Under the pieces are notes generated by a model that was not told the origin of the DNA, searched no databases, and worked only from the letters and a program-made list of their open reading frames with translations. Shown piece after piece: positions 1-9,536 of a stretch of 53,823 nucleotides of DNA. Position numbers and translations under genes: made by a program. This stretch comes from a virus. Position 1 is the stretch's first letter; every line of letters begins with the position of its first letter. Location: the UHGV virus genome UHGV-0209071; one strand, written 5' to 3'.

Positions 1-54
1 TTGCATTTATCGGACCGAACTTCCTCTTCTGGCACATTCCGGGCGTTATCAAAG

Positions 55-732
55 CTATAGGCTTTTGATAGCCTCAATCAATTCAGGCCCCTGGTTTTTC
101 ACGTTACCCACGGCACGCGACACCGGGTGCCAGGAGAAATGGTCTGCTGACAGAGCGCCATCTGCAATTATTTCCTCTGCTTCTTTCCCTCCAAGATCCT
201 GCCGCATCCATTCCCGGGCGGCTTCAGGCGCCAGGACCAGCGGCCGGCGGTCGTGAATATCGACGAGACCCTGATCGGCTGCAGCGGTGACAATCAAAAA
301 TCCCTCAGATTCATCCCCGCGCTCGAAAGGAACGCTGCCGATCGCAGCCATGAATATTGGCTGGCCGTCTTTCCGTTGGATGAAATAGGGCTGCTTCTTG
401 TCTCCTTCACGCTTCCACTCAAACCAGCCGTCTGCAAAACAAATTGCTCTCCCGTGTTGCCATAGAGGCTTGAACATTCTGCTTGTCGCCGCGGATTCTA
501 CTCGAGCATTAATCAGCGGTGGTTTATCCCACCACCCGGGGGCGTAACCCCAGAGAACCGGATCGAGGTGCAGCTGTTCGCCTCGTTCGCTCAGGAGCAA
601 AACTTTAGTCCCCGGCGCCACGTTATAACGCCCAATCGGCTCAGGGTCGTATGCGATGTCGCGCTCGGCTTCATCTGCCAGGTATGCCAGATATTCTTCA
701 CGGGTTTGTGATTGAGCAAAGCGTCCGCACAT
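55..732 (-). CDS. yedK: SOS-response-associated peptidase (SRAP/YedK family, abasic-site processing protein)
   Basis: 225-aa ORF starting MCGRFAQ, the catalytic Cys2 signature of SRAP/YedK proteins; full length for the family. Confidence 0.8.
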   Translation of the reverse strand: MCGRFAQSQTREEYLAYLADEAERDIAYDPEPIGRYNVAPGTKVLLLSERGEQLHLDPVLWGYAPGWWDKPPLINARVESAATSRMFKPLWQHGRAICFADGWFEWKREGDKKQPYFIQRKDGQPIFMAAIGSVPFERGDESEGFLIVTAAADQGLVDIHDRRPLVLAPEAAREWMRQDLGGKEAEEIIADGALSADHFSWHPVSRAVGNVKNQGPELIEAIKSL

Positions 733-1006
733 GATTACCTCCAGTCAGATGCCAGACTTAAAATTATAAGTCAGAAGAATAGAGTCGTTACCTCATCCTT
801 ACAGGACTCTATTTGATAGTTAACAGTATGAAAAATGAACTGAGAAAGGTGCTGATTAGGCATTATTGAGGGAATGTCTTCCCCAAAACGATCTGTATCT
901 GACTGAATTGTATGAGATTGTATTTATGCTTAAATCAACGGGGTTTTCATGGTAAAAGGATGTTAACTTTATGATTTTTATTGGTAAATGCACCAAATGA
1001 AAAGGA

Positions 1007-1258
1007 TGCTTCTCCCATATCTTCGGCGGCGGCTATGCGGCAGGCTATTACGCCTATCTGTGGACCCAGATGCTGGCCGACGACGGCTATCAGTGGTTTG
1101 TGGAGCAGGGCGGTTTGACCCGTGAGAACGGTCAGCGCTTCCGGGAAGCGATTCTGTCGCGCGGCAATAGCACTGATTTAGCTGAACTTTATCGCCAGTG
1201 GCGCGGGCACGATCCACAGATTGAGCCGATGCTGGAAAACCGTGGGTTGAGTGCGTAG
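1007..1258 (+). pseudogene. dcp: 3'-terminal 84-codon remnant of an M3 dipeptidyl carboxypeptidase (Dcp-like) gene, cut off upstream by an in-frame stop and unrelated AT-rich DNA
   Basis: Translation ...HIFGGGYAAGYYAYLWTQMLADDGYQWFVEQGGLTRENGQRFREAILSRG... matches the conserved C-terminus of Dcp/oligopeptidase-A-like M3 peptidases. Upstream of 1007 the frame hits TGA at 998 and the sequence becomes AT-rich non-coding. Confidence 0.6.
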
Positions 1259-1282
1259 GGTCATTTCGGGCTGACACGATAA

Positions 1283-1307
1283 CCGGGCGCGATGCCCGGT
1301 TTTTTTT
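1283..1307 (+). terminator. rho-independent terminator after the dcp remnant
   Basis: CCGGGC-gcgat-GCCCGG stem followed by TTTTTTTT. Confidence 0.7.
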
Positions 1308-1407
1308 CGATTTTTTCTTCCCCAAAATCCCTCCAAAACTTTTCCCCAAAATGAATCTTTAAATTTTGCTAAATTTGCATGGGGGTACGGCCCAATTTTT
1401 CACGTAG

Positions 1408-2547
1408 CTACACCTTTACTTTCACCCAATCGAGACCCCGATCGTTGTGATACTGTGCTGTCATTTTTTCTGATGAGTGTCCTAACAGCTGTTGGGTATT
1501 GATTCCCTGTGCCTCATACAGACGTTCGGACAGTGAGCGCTGCTCATGGAAAGTAGGCATTGTTTTCCCTCTTTCAATGGAAAGGTTAGTGCTATCCACT
1601 GCGAGTTTGAAGGAAACGCTAAGGCTGTTCTCGCCAACCTGATCGCCGGCTTTTACTTTCCCGCTGGACGTTACGTGGTGAAGAAGCCACGGGCTAACAA
1701 CCCGATCCCTACAGCGCTTGATCACTTGTGCCAGGCTAATGTCCAGCACCTCACTGCGCAAACTGAGTGGAATAGCAAGTTTCACACCTGTCTTTAGCTG
1801 CTTAACGTGCAGGTATCCATCCCAAACATCTGAGAACTTCATTTTGGCGAGATCACCGCGCCTTTGTCCGGTGACTATCGCCAACAGCATGGAATTTTGA
1901 ACGTAAGGGGCCATATCGCTGGCCGCTTCAAAGATCGCTTGCCACATTTCAAAATTCAGTCGAGAGCGGTTTACTCGAGCAACGACTTTTCTGGTAGCTA
2001 GTGCCGGGTTGTATCCTGGCTCAACTTCGCCCGCATGTTGTGCTTCCCTGAACAAATCGATCCAGACGCTACGAAGCGTTTGTGCCATTCGTGCTTTACC
2101 TTTGGCTTTATATTCGTCGGTAATGGCTGCAAGCATTTTCGTGGTTACTTCCTGTATCCCAACATCAGGCATCCGTTGTGCAAGAACACCGACGCATGTC
2201 TTTCTCGATTTGAGCGTATTAAGTTTTATTTCGTTATCACTGAGTCGCTCCTCTTGAATCTTTAGATAACGGTCTATCCATACCCGCATCCGTATGGATT
2301 TTTTTGAATTAACCTTTTTATGATTCACCATATCTATGAGGGCAAACGACTGAGCCGTTTCCTGTTGTGCCAGCAGGCGATTAAGTTCAGTTGCGGCCTG
2401 ACTGGCCGCATCCTGATCAGTGCCAAACCCGATAAACTGACCGGTTAAGGGGTGCCGGTATTGCCAGTAAGTTTTGCTGTTACGTTTGTCCAATTTGCAA
2501 TAAAGATTTGGAATATTAACTTTGTGATCACGTGGTCTGGCTGCCAT
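1408..2547 (-). CDS. int: phage tyrosine integrase (lambda Int family)
   Basis: 379 aa; C-terminal catalytic region with conserved R...HxxR...Y context (LLGHSSEKMTAQYHNDRG); start overlaps xis stop as in lambda. Confidence 0.9.
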   Translation of the reverse strand: MAARPRDHKVNIPNLYCKLDKRNSKTYWQYRHPLTGQFIGFGTDQDAASQAATELNRLLAQQETAQSFALIDMVNHKKVNSKKSIRMRVWIDRYLKIQEERLSDNEIKLNTLKSRKTCVGVLAQRMPDVGIQEVTTKMLAAITDEYKAKGKARMAQTLRSVWIDLFREAQHAGEVEPGYNPALATRKVVARVNRSRLNFEMWQAIFEAASDMAPYVQNSMLLAIVTGQRRGDLAKMKFSDVWDGYLHVKQLKTGVKLAIPLSLRSEVLDISLAQVIKRCRDRVVSPWLLHHVTSSGKVKAGDQVGENSLSVSFKLAVDSTNLSIERGKTMPTFHEQRSLSERLYEAQGINTQQLLGHSSEKMTAQYHNDRGLDWVKVKV

Positions 2548-2785
2548 TAATTACTCGCTCCATTAGCGTTTTAACCGCTTTCGGCATGCGGGGTGGTAGA
2601 ACCGGCGATGTGATTAAGCCTATGAATTTTGCATCTTCATCTATAACCCATCGCCGACCAAGCTTTAGCGCCCTCGGGATCGTTTGTCCCGTTTTTGCAA
2701 TTCTGTGCAACGACGCTCTGGATGGCGGATGCTTAAACCCATTAGGACCGGAAGCCCAGTCTTCTAAGCTAACGAGCTGTCCCAT
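2528..2785 (-). CDS. xis: excisionase-like protein
   Basis: 85-aa basic protein immediately upstream of and overlapping int; GGAGG RBS; excisionase-like family features. Confidence 0.7.
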   Translation of the reverse strand: MGQLVSLEDWASGPNGFKHPPSRASLHRIAKTGQTIPRALKLGRRWVIDEDAKFIGLITSPVLPPRMPKAVKTLMERVINGSQTT

Positions 2786-2844
2786 GTAAACCTCCAGTTT
2801 GATTAATATGAGCCATCAAAACCCGATAGGGTGATATTCCGATA

Positions 2845-3084
2845 TCAGGAAACCTGACCGGGTAAATGCCGGAGCCGCCGGGCGCAGTTCATGGCCGTGG
2901 CCACGTAGCTGCAATTCCTATTAACGACTTCAACAGTGATTTTTGTGCCCTGAACCACGACGGTATAGGTCCGCTTCATTTTCTGCCGGCCATAATCGCC
3001 ATAAAGCTCAACATGTTTTGCCAGCGCGGCATCGCATGCCTGGCGGCCCAGCGGTGATTGTTTGCTTCGGTTAATCAGTCGCAT
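2845..3084 (-). CDS. hypothetical phage protein (79 aa; internal start MRLINRS of the 117-aa ORF)
   Basis: ORF in leftward early operon; shorter start avoids overlap with upstream gene. Confidence 0.45.
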   Translation of the reverse strand: MRLINRSKQSPLGRQACDAALAKHVELYGDYGRQKMKRTYTVVVQGTKITVEVVNRNCSYVATAMNCARRLRHLPGQVS

Positions 3085-3091
3085 ATTCACC

Positions 3092-3400
3092 TCACACAAA
3101 AACATCAACTGGATCGCCAGCTGCGCGCGCGTTGTCGTTCGCTTCACGGCGGAGGCCGAGAACATAGCCAACGGGATCCCAACTGGACAGAATTGCATTG
3201 AGCTCTTTATGGCTGTGCCGGGTTGTCAGGCGCTTTTTAAGCTCGGTGGCGCAGGCGCGCACATTAGCCCGAGTGGGGCCGGCCATCTTCATGCACAAGC
3301 ACAAAGTCAGAAGCAGATCCGAATATTCGTCGGCGGCTGCGCGCAATGCTGCCGGATCGATGCTGGCTTCCAGCTCGGGCAGGCGGTGTTTCAGGCTCAT
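3092..3400 (-). CDS. hypothetical phage protein (102 aa)
   Basis: ORF co-oriented in leftward operon, stop/start tightly packed with neighbours. Confidence 0.5.
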   Translation of the reverse strand: MSLKHRLPELEASIDPAALRAAADEYSDLLLTLCLCMKMAGPTRANVRACATELKKRLTTRHSHKELNAILSSWDPVGYVLGLRREANDNARAAGDPVDVFV

Positions 3401-4008
3401 TTGGCACCTCCCTTACGACGAAGAGCCATTCTCAATCTGTTTTTCGCCAGTCTGGCTTTGCGTTGTGCGGGCGTTTCACGTTCGCGAGCGCGCGCATTTG
3501 ATTCACGATTACGGCGGCGCCTGGCGTTGAGTGATTCGTCTTCGCTTCGTAAATGCATCCGAGGTTCCCCGTCCTTTGGCTCGGGCCACTGGCGCGCCTT
3601 ATTTACCGCGAGCTTATCGATCATCGCCTGGGTAATCTGCTCGTCAGTGATTCCCGCTCTGCGCTGGGCATCCCACATTAGGAACTGCATATCAGCCCAT
3701 TCGCTGTGGTCGTTAGGTTCCGCGGCAGCTTCAAGCGCTTCTATGCTGAGGTGTTTCAGTGGGCCAGTCGGACCAACATTGCCGAAGGTGGCATGTGACC
3801 ATTCAGCGTGTTCGCGGCGAACCTGATTGCGAGCAAATGAGAACTCCCCCATCAGCGCTGCCAATGCGATTTCAGTAATACGCAAATACAGGGCCGCGCG
3901 GGACGGATTGCTGAATTCACCCTCTTTTAAAAACTTCGATATTTCCGCCACGTCAGCACGGCACACGGCGATTAATTGCTCATTAGTGAATGTGGCGATA
4001 TCAGTCAT
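3397..4008 (-). CDS. phage dATP/dGTP pyrophosphohydrolase-like protein (DUF550, MazG-like)
   Basis: Start MTDIATF at 4008 overlaps the stop of the upstream gene (ATGACTGA). Motifs GPTGPLKHLS...EWADMQFLMWDAQRRAGITDEQI are typical of DUF550. The longer 310-aa ORF N-terminus is low-complexity out-of-frame overlap. Confidence 0.65.
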   Translation of the reverse strand: MTDIATFTNEQLIAVCRADVAEISKFLKEGEFSNPSRAALYLRITEIALAALMGEFSFARNQVRREHAEWSHATFGNVGPTGPLKHLSIEALEAAAEPNDHSEWADMQFLMWDAQRRAGITDEQITQAMIDKLAVNKARQWPEPKDGEPRMHLRSEDESLNARRRRNRESNARARERETPAQRKARLAKNRLRMALRRKGGAK

Positions 4009-4345
4009 TCCAGGCCTCCAGCTCGTTCTGGATTTCTTCATCGATCTCGTCATTTGTGGCTTCTTCGTCCAGGTAATCACGCGCTTCTTTGAGGTACTGT
4101 TCCCGGCGTTCGTCATACCATGCCGAGAACTCAGGGGACCAGCCATCAGTCGTGCCGTCATAGTCAACCTTGGCGTTACGTTCAGCCATGCTCTCGACCA
4201 TGCTGTAAGCGGTGGTAAGCGCAGCTTCGCGGATATACCCACGCAGATCGCGCTTACGCCAGTAGGGGTTAACTTTTGAATCACAAAAAGGTTTGAATTC
4301 CACTTCCCAGCGACGTACGCATCGTGCACTCAGTGATTTGCTCAT
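4001..4345 (-). CDS. hypothetical acidic phage protein (114 aa)
   Basis: Clean ORF, translationally coupled to downstream gene. Confidence 0.55.
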   Translation of the reverse strand: MSKSLSARCVRRWEVEFKPFCDSKVNPYWRKRDLRGYIREAALTTAYSMVESMAERNAKVDYDGTTDGWSPEFSAWYDERREQYLKEARDYLDEEATNDEIDEEIQNELEAWND

Positions 4346-4379
4346 ATCGTTACCGGGAGGGCGAACCCTCCCGCCTCCC

Positions 4380-5468
4380 TTAGCCCACGTATTCCGGTTT
4401 CATGTCGTCCAGGGTGATGCGGAACTGGTCATACAGTTCTTCACCGAGGTGGCGGCGCGATGAGGTCAAGGTACTTTCTGCCTTCGCGAATAATGCTGCT
4501 GCCTCCGGATCCCCCGGGTTAGGGAGTGAATTTATGGCGGCCTCAACTTTGTTCTTCGCATCAACAAGGTAGTAGCGTTTCACCGCCTTACTCTTCAGTT
4601 CGGTATACAAAGCAGTACCCAGCAGAGCTTTCTGTGATTCGATGTCTACACGAATGGCTTTGGCCTGGTCCACTGAGTCAGCTTTATCAATCCGGTCTCG
4701 GAGTTCGTCAGCAACAGAGTCAACGTTAGATGCAGGCTCTTGCGTGCTGGTGGAATCGCCAACGGAGTGTGTTATCTCATTCAGCGTGACCTTTTCTGTC
4801 TGCGCCGGGTTGATAACCCTTTCTTCGCGTTCGTCAATTTCATCGGCGGTATAGACCCCGAGGATCACATCCGGGCAGTACAGTCGCGCCCAACGTTTAA
4901 CGGCGAGATAGGCCAGTTGCTGACGGGGGTCGCTCGCCCACAGTGTAGAGTTGCGGACTTGTGCCTGCGAAAGCATCAGCACAAGCTCGCGAGGTTCTGA
5001 TTCTCCTTTGAGCGTTGCCCAGGCGCGGACGCCCACGCCAGCTTCATCTTGCAAATCCCAGCCCGGCGCGATGTAGTCGTTACCTTTGCCGCTGGTTTTT
5101 TTAATGAAGCGGCCAACGATATTTTCCCATGCACCAAACCATTCAAAATGGATCCGGTCTTTGGTTGGAGCCATGGTGTTAATTACCGCATTCACCAGTT
5201 GTGCCTCATAGCCAAGCACACCTGAGTTACCCACGATGAAGGTTTTCTGTGCCACTGCAAACGGATCCATACCCCAACGCGCTGCTTGCATCACTACAGC
5301 CATGCACGCATCTGGTTTCCCACGATAATGCTCAGGCACGAAGTTTCCACTATTGGCCATTACTTCCGAGAGCGTGCGCAGGCGGTTGAACAATTCACCG
5401 TTCGTCAGGATAGAAACGTTGTCGATCTTCTGGGTCTGGTTTTCAGTAGTTGCGACTAAATTGGACAT
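4380..5468 (-). CDS. recT: RecT-family single-strand annealing recombinase
   Basis: 362 aa, RecT-like N-terminal core, sits immediately downstream of the recE-like exonuclease as in Rac. Confidence 0.85.
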   Translation of the reverse strand: MSNLVATTENQTQKIDNVSILTNGELFNRLRTLSEVMANSGNFVPEHYRGKPDACMAVVMQAARWGMDPFAVAQKTFIVGNSGVLGYEAQLVNAVINTMAPTKDRIHFEWFGAWENIVGRFIKKTSGKGNDYIAPGWDLQDEAGVGVRAWATLKGESEPRELVLMLSQAQVRNSTLWASDPRQQLAYLAVKRWARLYCPDVILGVYTADEIDEREERVINPAQTEKVTLNEITHSVGDSTSTQEPASNVDSVADELRDRIDKADSVDQAKAIRVDIESQKALLGTALYTELKSKAVKRYYLVDAKNKVEAAINSLPNPGDPEAAALFAKAESTLTSSRRHLGEELYDQFRITLDDMKPEYVG

Positions 5469-5480
5469 TGTTATTCCCCC

Positions 5481-8400
5481 TTATGCCTGTACGCGCAGCG
5501 CTTCGAGGCGGCGCATATCAAAATCGTTAAGTTCTTCGGCGTAGTCTTCAGTAATCGGCGCTGGCCAGTCGCCAGTGTCGAAACCGTTCGCAATGGCGCG
5601 CATAGCTTTGCGGTATTCCAGCATGCCGAGTTCCAGCAGTTCTTCGGATGCCTCAATGATGGCGATCCAGTGGTAGTTCTCGTCTTTGTTGACGAAAATC
5701 CAGTAGAACTGATCGAGTGCGGCGACATCGCAGTACATAGCCGCGCTCAGGTGGTAATCGCGCTCGATGATTTCCCGGTGCAATTTGGCGCGCAGGCCTT
5801 CCTGCTTGATGTTCCACATGCTGATGGTTTTAAGGTCTGCACCGATGCGCAGGCCGCCCATGTCTATCTCAAGGTCAGGACGCACGCGAACTTCCAGCCC
5901 GGTTTCCTCATCAATGCCGAAATAGCTTACTTCGACGGCGCGGCTCGGGTGGGTCAGTAGCTTCCCGGCGGTCGGGTGATTCAGGAGTGCTTTCTGAATG
6001 ACCAGTGCCGTAGCCAGCTGCTGGCGGGTAACCAGCACTTTTCCTTCCGGGTTCTCGCGCCATGCATCCAGCAACTCGTCGGCAAACACGGCATCCGGTT
6101 TTACCGATTTCACGGCCTGAATCAGATCGGCCTTTGTGCCAGAGACTTTCAGGGGCTGCGCCTTCTGTGCTTCCTGAGCAACCATGTCAGGATTAATAAG
6201 CGCCAGCTGTTCCAGTAAGGCATCGCGGCCACCGCTGGTTTTCACCTGGGCGGGCAGGGTGGCGTTGTATTCTTTGATGCAGGCCTTCATTGCGGTGGCG
6301 GTTTGCTTCTGACCGTCTTCAATGCGCTGGAACTCAACAGGTAAAGACATATAACCCTGGCCGGTTTCTTCAACTGATGTACCCAAGGGAACCTGGGCGG
6401 GCAGGGTCGCGTTGTATTCCTCTAGGAATCTCTTGATGTCATCTGCGCTGAGCAAAACCAGAAGCCCGTTGTTGTATTCGTCGATAAACGCGCGGATCGT
6501 CGCAGTCGTGGTGAAAGCACCTTCCGGGATTTCCGGCTCGATGCTGAACTCTGTTTCCAGCTGCTCAGGCTGCAGCGCCAGTGCATGCACCAGATTTCCC
6601 ATATCCAGAACAGGGGAGCGTACCTTCTGGATGGTTTTAGATACGTGGCGCGCCTCGAAATACATCAGCGATACCCGTGCATCTTTAACCATCGTGGAGC
6701 TGATACCGTTAGCGGCGTGGTAGATCTCATTTGGCACGCCTTCATATCGACCAGGCTCGAAATACTCCGGCCATGCTGGCGCTGCTTGTTCAGCCTCTTC
6801 CTCTTCATCGCTATGAGCACTCTCGGAAACATGGCTTTTCAGCACTTCGGCGGTAAGATCCGGGCAGCGTTCAGCCAGTATTTTGCTCATGTTCACGGCA
6901 ATTGTTTGCGCAGGAGGCTCATCAGCGCCTTCGCCTGTTGATACCGAACTATCAATTTCGTTTTTGACTGACTGATCCGCTTCCATCTGCACATTGCTGG
7001 TGTTTCCTTCTTCGGTGGCATTAGTAGCCGGTGAAGTCATAAGTCCTTCAATTGAAAACATTCCGCCGCCGAGATTTGCAATTTCCGGGGCTCTGGGTTT
7101 GGTCAGGTCTTCGGTTATCCACTTCGGATCCGTGGGGTTACTGATACCTTCGACATATTCGCCGCGTTCGGCGGCCAGAACCTGATTAGCGTCAGGGCGT
7201 TTCTTTTGATCTTCTTTCACCAGTTCGGTGCCAATTACCTGAAAGTCAGTTGGGAGAGTTTCCAGGTCAGGCACACCTTCATCTCCATCGATAGCCTTTT
7301 TCACAGCGTCCAGAGTGACGGCGGCAGATGAAACATGACCAGCTTTCTCAAGCGTCTCAGCAGAAGGGGTGTCATGCTTATGCTCGGTCAGGTTCGCATT
7401 GATGTAGGTCTGCAGACTTACCGGAAAATGATGAATATCGCTGGTGGCGCCACGAATAAGGGCAAAAATGGCTGCGCGTGAATAATCCAGGATGCCTGCG
7501 ACCTTGCGCAGCGCTGCAGACCATTCCTTGAACGGACTTTCTTTCTTCTGAACGATCTCTTTGGCCCGGCGGTGAATTGATGCCGGGAAATTGTAGATAT
7601 CGAAATCCATTGGCATTGTGGCCAGGGCTATTTCTACATCGAGCGTATCAAGGGTATGGGTGTAGTCAGGGTTGCGATCGGTTTTATTACCGCCGCCAGC
7701 ATTCGTACCTGCATCGGTTTTCAAAACCGAAGAAATGCAGTTACCGGCGGCCCATTCCCTGGTGAGAATACCGCGGTCGAGCGCGTTCGTGGCAAACCAC
7801 AGCTTTGCAAACTGGATACGCTTGCCGAGCTCATGCCGTTTCCCTTCGGGGAAGACTTTTTTATTGGCACTGGTGAATTTCCAGAGCGCCGGCATATCGT
7901 ATTTTTTGATTTCAGGGACATTCTCGGCGGCCAGAATCAGATCCTGGACGGCTGCGTTATCAGTGTCCATTTCTAGAGCTGACAGCTCCTGCCGGTGAGG
8001 CATGCTGATATGATAAACGTGACGTTCTTCGGCCATGTACTGCGCCAGCAGCTGCGCGCGAAAGGGGAGTTCGGCCACGTTAAAAAGCGCGCTGGAATCG
8101 TCCTGGTATTCATCGCTACCGAAAGTTTCCACGGTCTCACCTTGTGCCGCATCGCCAGTAGTATTGGCATCAACCAGCTCGCCAGTAACGGCCTCAGAGG
8201 TTACTCCGGCATCATCGATGTGATGATCCGCAGGCACCTGACCTGGTTTCAGAGCCCAGGTGCGACCGTCGTCGCCGAGCTGGTAGCGTTCGCACCATGA
8301 GTAATCGAGAACACCTTCCGCCGGCAGGTCATTGAATACCGGGAAATCGGTGCGAATTGGTTTTTGATAGTCTTTGCCGCGGCCTGTTTCGATTCCAGCG

Positions 8401-8585
8401 TCTTCCAGATCGACGTCCAGCTGCAGAAGGGCGCGAGCTTCTGATTTATTAGTGCGCCAGATTACGGCATCAGCTTTACCCGATTTTTGAGTCGCTTTTA
8501 TCAGATAAAAATATTCCATGTGATAGCCTCTATTTTGGATGTAGAATCCCCCGGGCCATTGGTAGCGCCCATTCAGGGTGGTCAT
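5481..8585 (-). CDS. recE: exodeoxyribonuclease VIII (RecE-like 5'-3' exonuclease, C-terminal PD-(D/E)XK/YqaJ-like domain)
   Basis: 1034-aa ORF directly upstream of recT; large acidic N-terminal region and C-terminal nuclease region typical of RecE; contains an internal about 29-nt duplicated segment (EYNATLPAQV x2). Confidence 0.8.
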   Translation of the reverse strand: MTTLNGRYQWPGGFYIQNRGYHMEYFYLIKATQKSGKADAVIWRTNKSEARALLQLDVDLEDAGIETGRGKDYQKPIRTDFPVFNDLPAEGVLDYSWCERYQLGDDGRTWALKPGQVPADHHIDDAGVTSEAVTGELVDANTTGDAAQGETVETFGSDEYQDDSSALFNVAELPFRAQLLAQYMAEERHVYHISMPHRQELSALEMDTDNAAVQDLILAAENVPEIKKYDMPALWKFTSANKKVFPEGKRHELGKRIQFAKLWFATNALDRGILTREWAAGNCISSVLKTDAGTNAGGGNKTDRNPDYTHTLDTLDVEIALATMPMDFDIYNFPASIHRRAKEIVQKKESPFKEWSAALRKVAGILDYSRAAIFALIRGATSDIHHFPVSLQTYINANLTEHKHDTPSAETLEKAGHVSSAAVTLDAVKKAIDGDEGVPDLETLPTDFQVIGTELVKEDQKKRPDANQVLAAERGEYVEGISNPTDPKWITEDLTKPRAPEIANLGGGMFSIEGLMTSPATNATEEGNTSNVQMEADQSVKNEIDSSVSTGEGADEPPAQTIAVNMSKILAERCPDLTAEVLKSHVSESAHSDEEEEAEQAAPAWPEYFEPGRYEGVPNEIYHAANGISSTMVKDARVSLMYFEARHVSKTIQKVRSPVLDMGNLVHALALQPEQLETEFSIEPEIPEGAFTTTATIRAFIDEYNNGLLVLLSADDIKRFLEEYNATLPAQVPLGTSVEETGQGYMSLPVEFQRIEDGQKQTATAMKACIKEYNATLPAQVKTSGGRDALLEQLALINPDMVAQEAQKAQPLKVSGTKADLIQAVKSVKPDAVFADELLDAWRENPEGKVLVTRQQLATALVIQKALLNHPTAGKLLTHPSRAVEVSYFGIDEETGLEVRVRPDLEIDMGGLRIGADLKTISMWNIKQEGLRAKLHREIIERDYHLSAAMYCDVAALDQFYWIFVNKDENYHWIAIIEASEELLELGMLEYRKAMRAIANGFDTGDWPAPITEDYAEELNDFDMRRLEALRVQA

Positions 8586-8656
8586 TGGTTTTGGTAATTT
8601 CCGGTGTAACTTTGGTCGGTGGCACCGGACGTAAAGCCCGCTTCGGCGGGTTTACG

Positions 8657-8812
8657 TTAGCCCTCGTGCGCCATCTGGTCGTGAGAGGCGCAACGTTCAG
8701 AGCAATACTCTTTTTCTTTCCGTGCGAGCTGGTTCCCCTGGAGGTACAACAGGGTGCTTACCACTGGTTTTCCCTCGATTGCTTTACGGCAGTAACCGCA
8801 TTTCTTCTGCAT
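8657..8812 (-). CDS. small Cys4 zinc-binding phage protein (51 aa)
   Basis: MQKKCGYCRK...CSERCASH; GGGGGAAG RBS upstream of ATG at 8812. Confidence 0.5.
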   Translation of the reverse strand: MQKKCGYCRKAIEGKPVVSTLLYLQGNQLARKEKEYCSERCASHDQMAHEG

Positions 8813-8820
8813 TCTTCCCC

Positions 8821-9012
8821 CTACATTTGCACCGTGAACCCGGCCGGATGCTCGTCCAGTACACCTTTCAGCGGATAACATTCAGCTTTCACGTGTTGCT
8901 CTTCTGCGGCTGCCTTGCAGTCATTCTCAGTGTCGTAAACGCCGAGCAGGACATCCTGATTACCGCCCGTCAGCATGCTGACGGTGAGAACCAGGGCAAA
9001 CATCGTGCTCAT
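8821..9012 (-). CDS. small secreted phage protein with N-terminal signal peptide (63 aa)
   Basis: MSTMFALVLTVSMLTGG... hydrophobic leader; AGGAGA RBS 6 nt upstream. Confidence 0.5.
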   Translation of the reverse strand: MSTMFALVLTVSMLTGGNQDVLLGVYDTENDCKAAAEEQHVKAECYPLKGVLDEHPAGFTVQM

Positions 9013-9119
9013 GAAGGGTCTCCTTTTTGCGCGAGCATGTAGCACACCCGGCGGATGAAAGCTGACAGCGGACTTAAACGAATAGCCTGCTGACGAGCGG
9101 GTTTGCGTGCGAAATCATT

Positions 9120-9218
9120 CATAGAAACAATCCCCTCAGTGCGCTGAAGAGCGCGATCCAGATGAAGAGCCCAATAACTGCTGAAATGATCAGGGCTCTG
9201 ATGCCTTGCTTGCTCATT
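9120..9218 (-). CDS. candidate 32-aa single-pass membrane peptide (MSKQGIRALIISAVIGLFIWIALFSALRGLFL)
   Basis: GAGGAG RBS 7 nt upstream of ATG; one strongly hydrophobic helix; size and position reminiscent of small toxic membrane peptides in prophage early-left regions. Confidence 0.3.
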
Positions 9219-9305
9219 CCAACTCCTCATGTTTGCCTGTCTTTTAACCACTTCAGGCTCGGTGGTATGCTGGTAGTTCTCACACAGCCAGCAAAAAAAT
9301 AAAAA

Positions 9306-9536
9306 ATGTCAAAACTGACAACGATGGAAGTTGCTTGCCCTGATTGCGGAAGCGAGATGCTCAAGCGTCCCGATGATTTCGACTTTGATACAAATTTTGT
9401 TGGCGTCAGTTGTGCCAACTGTGGTCGAGAAATCACTAAGGACGATGTTGTTAAGCAAGGGACGGATGTTGTCAAAAAGCAGGTTGACGACATCCTCAGG
9501 GATGCCTTCAAGGGAACGGGCTGGAAGCTCAAGTAA
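9306..9536 (+). CDS. zinc-ribbon protein (CPDCG...CANCG), 76 aa
   Basis: Two CxxC pairs 27 aa apart; competing antisense ORF 9309..9617 has a better RBS, so strand assignment is uncertain. Confidence 0.4.
   Translation: MSKLTTMEVACPDCGSEMLKRPDDFDFDTNFVGVSCANCGREITKDDVVKQGTDVVKKQVDDILRDAFKGTGWKLK

Noticed and set aside
3062-3826. 254-aa plus-strand ORF
   Set aside because: Antisense to three tightly packed minus-strand phage genes; low-complexity Ala/Arg/Ser-rich translation typical of GC-rich antisense frames.
4009-4329. N-terminal extension of the 310-aa form of the DUF550 gene
   Set aside because: Extension overlaps the upstream 114-aa gene in another frame and translates to low-complexity S/T/R-rich sequence; coupled ATGACTGA start at 4008 is far more plausible.
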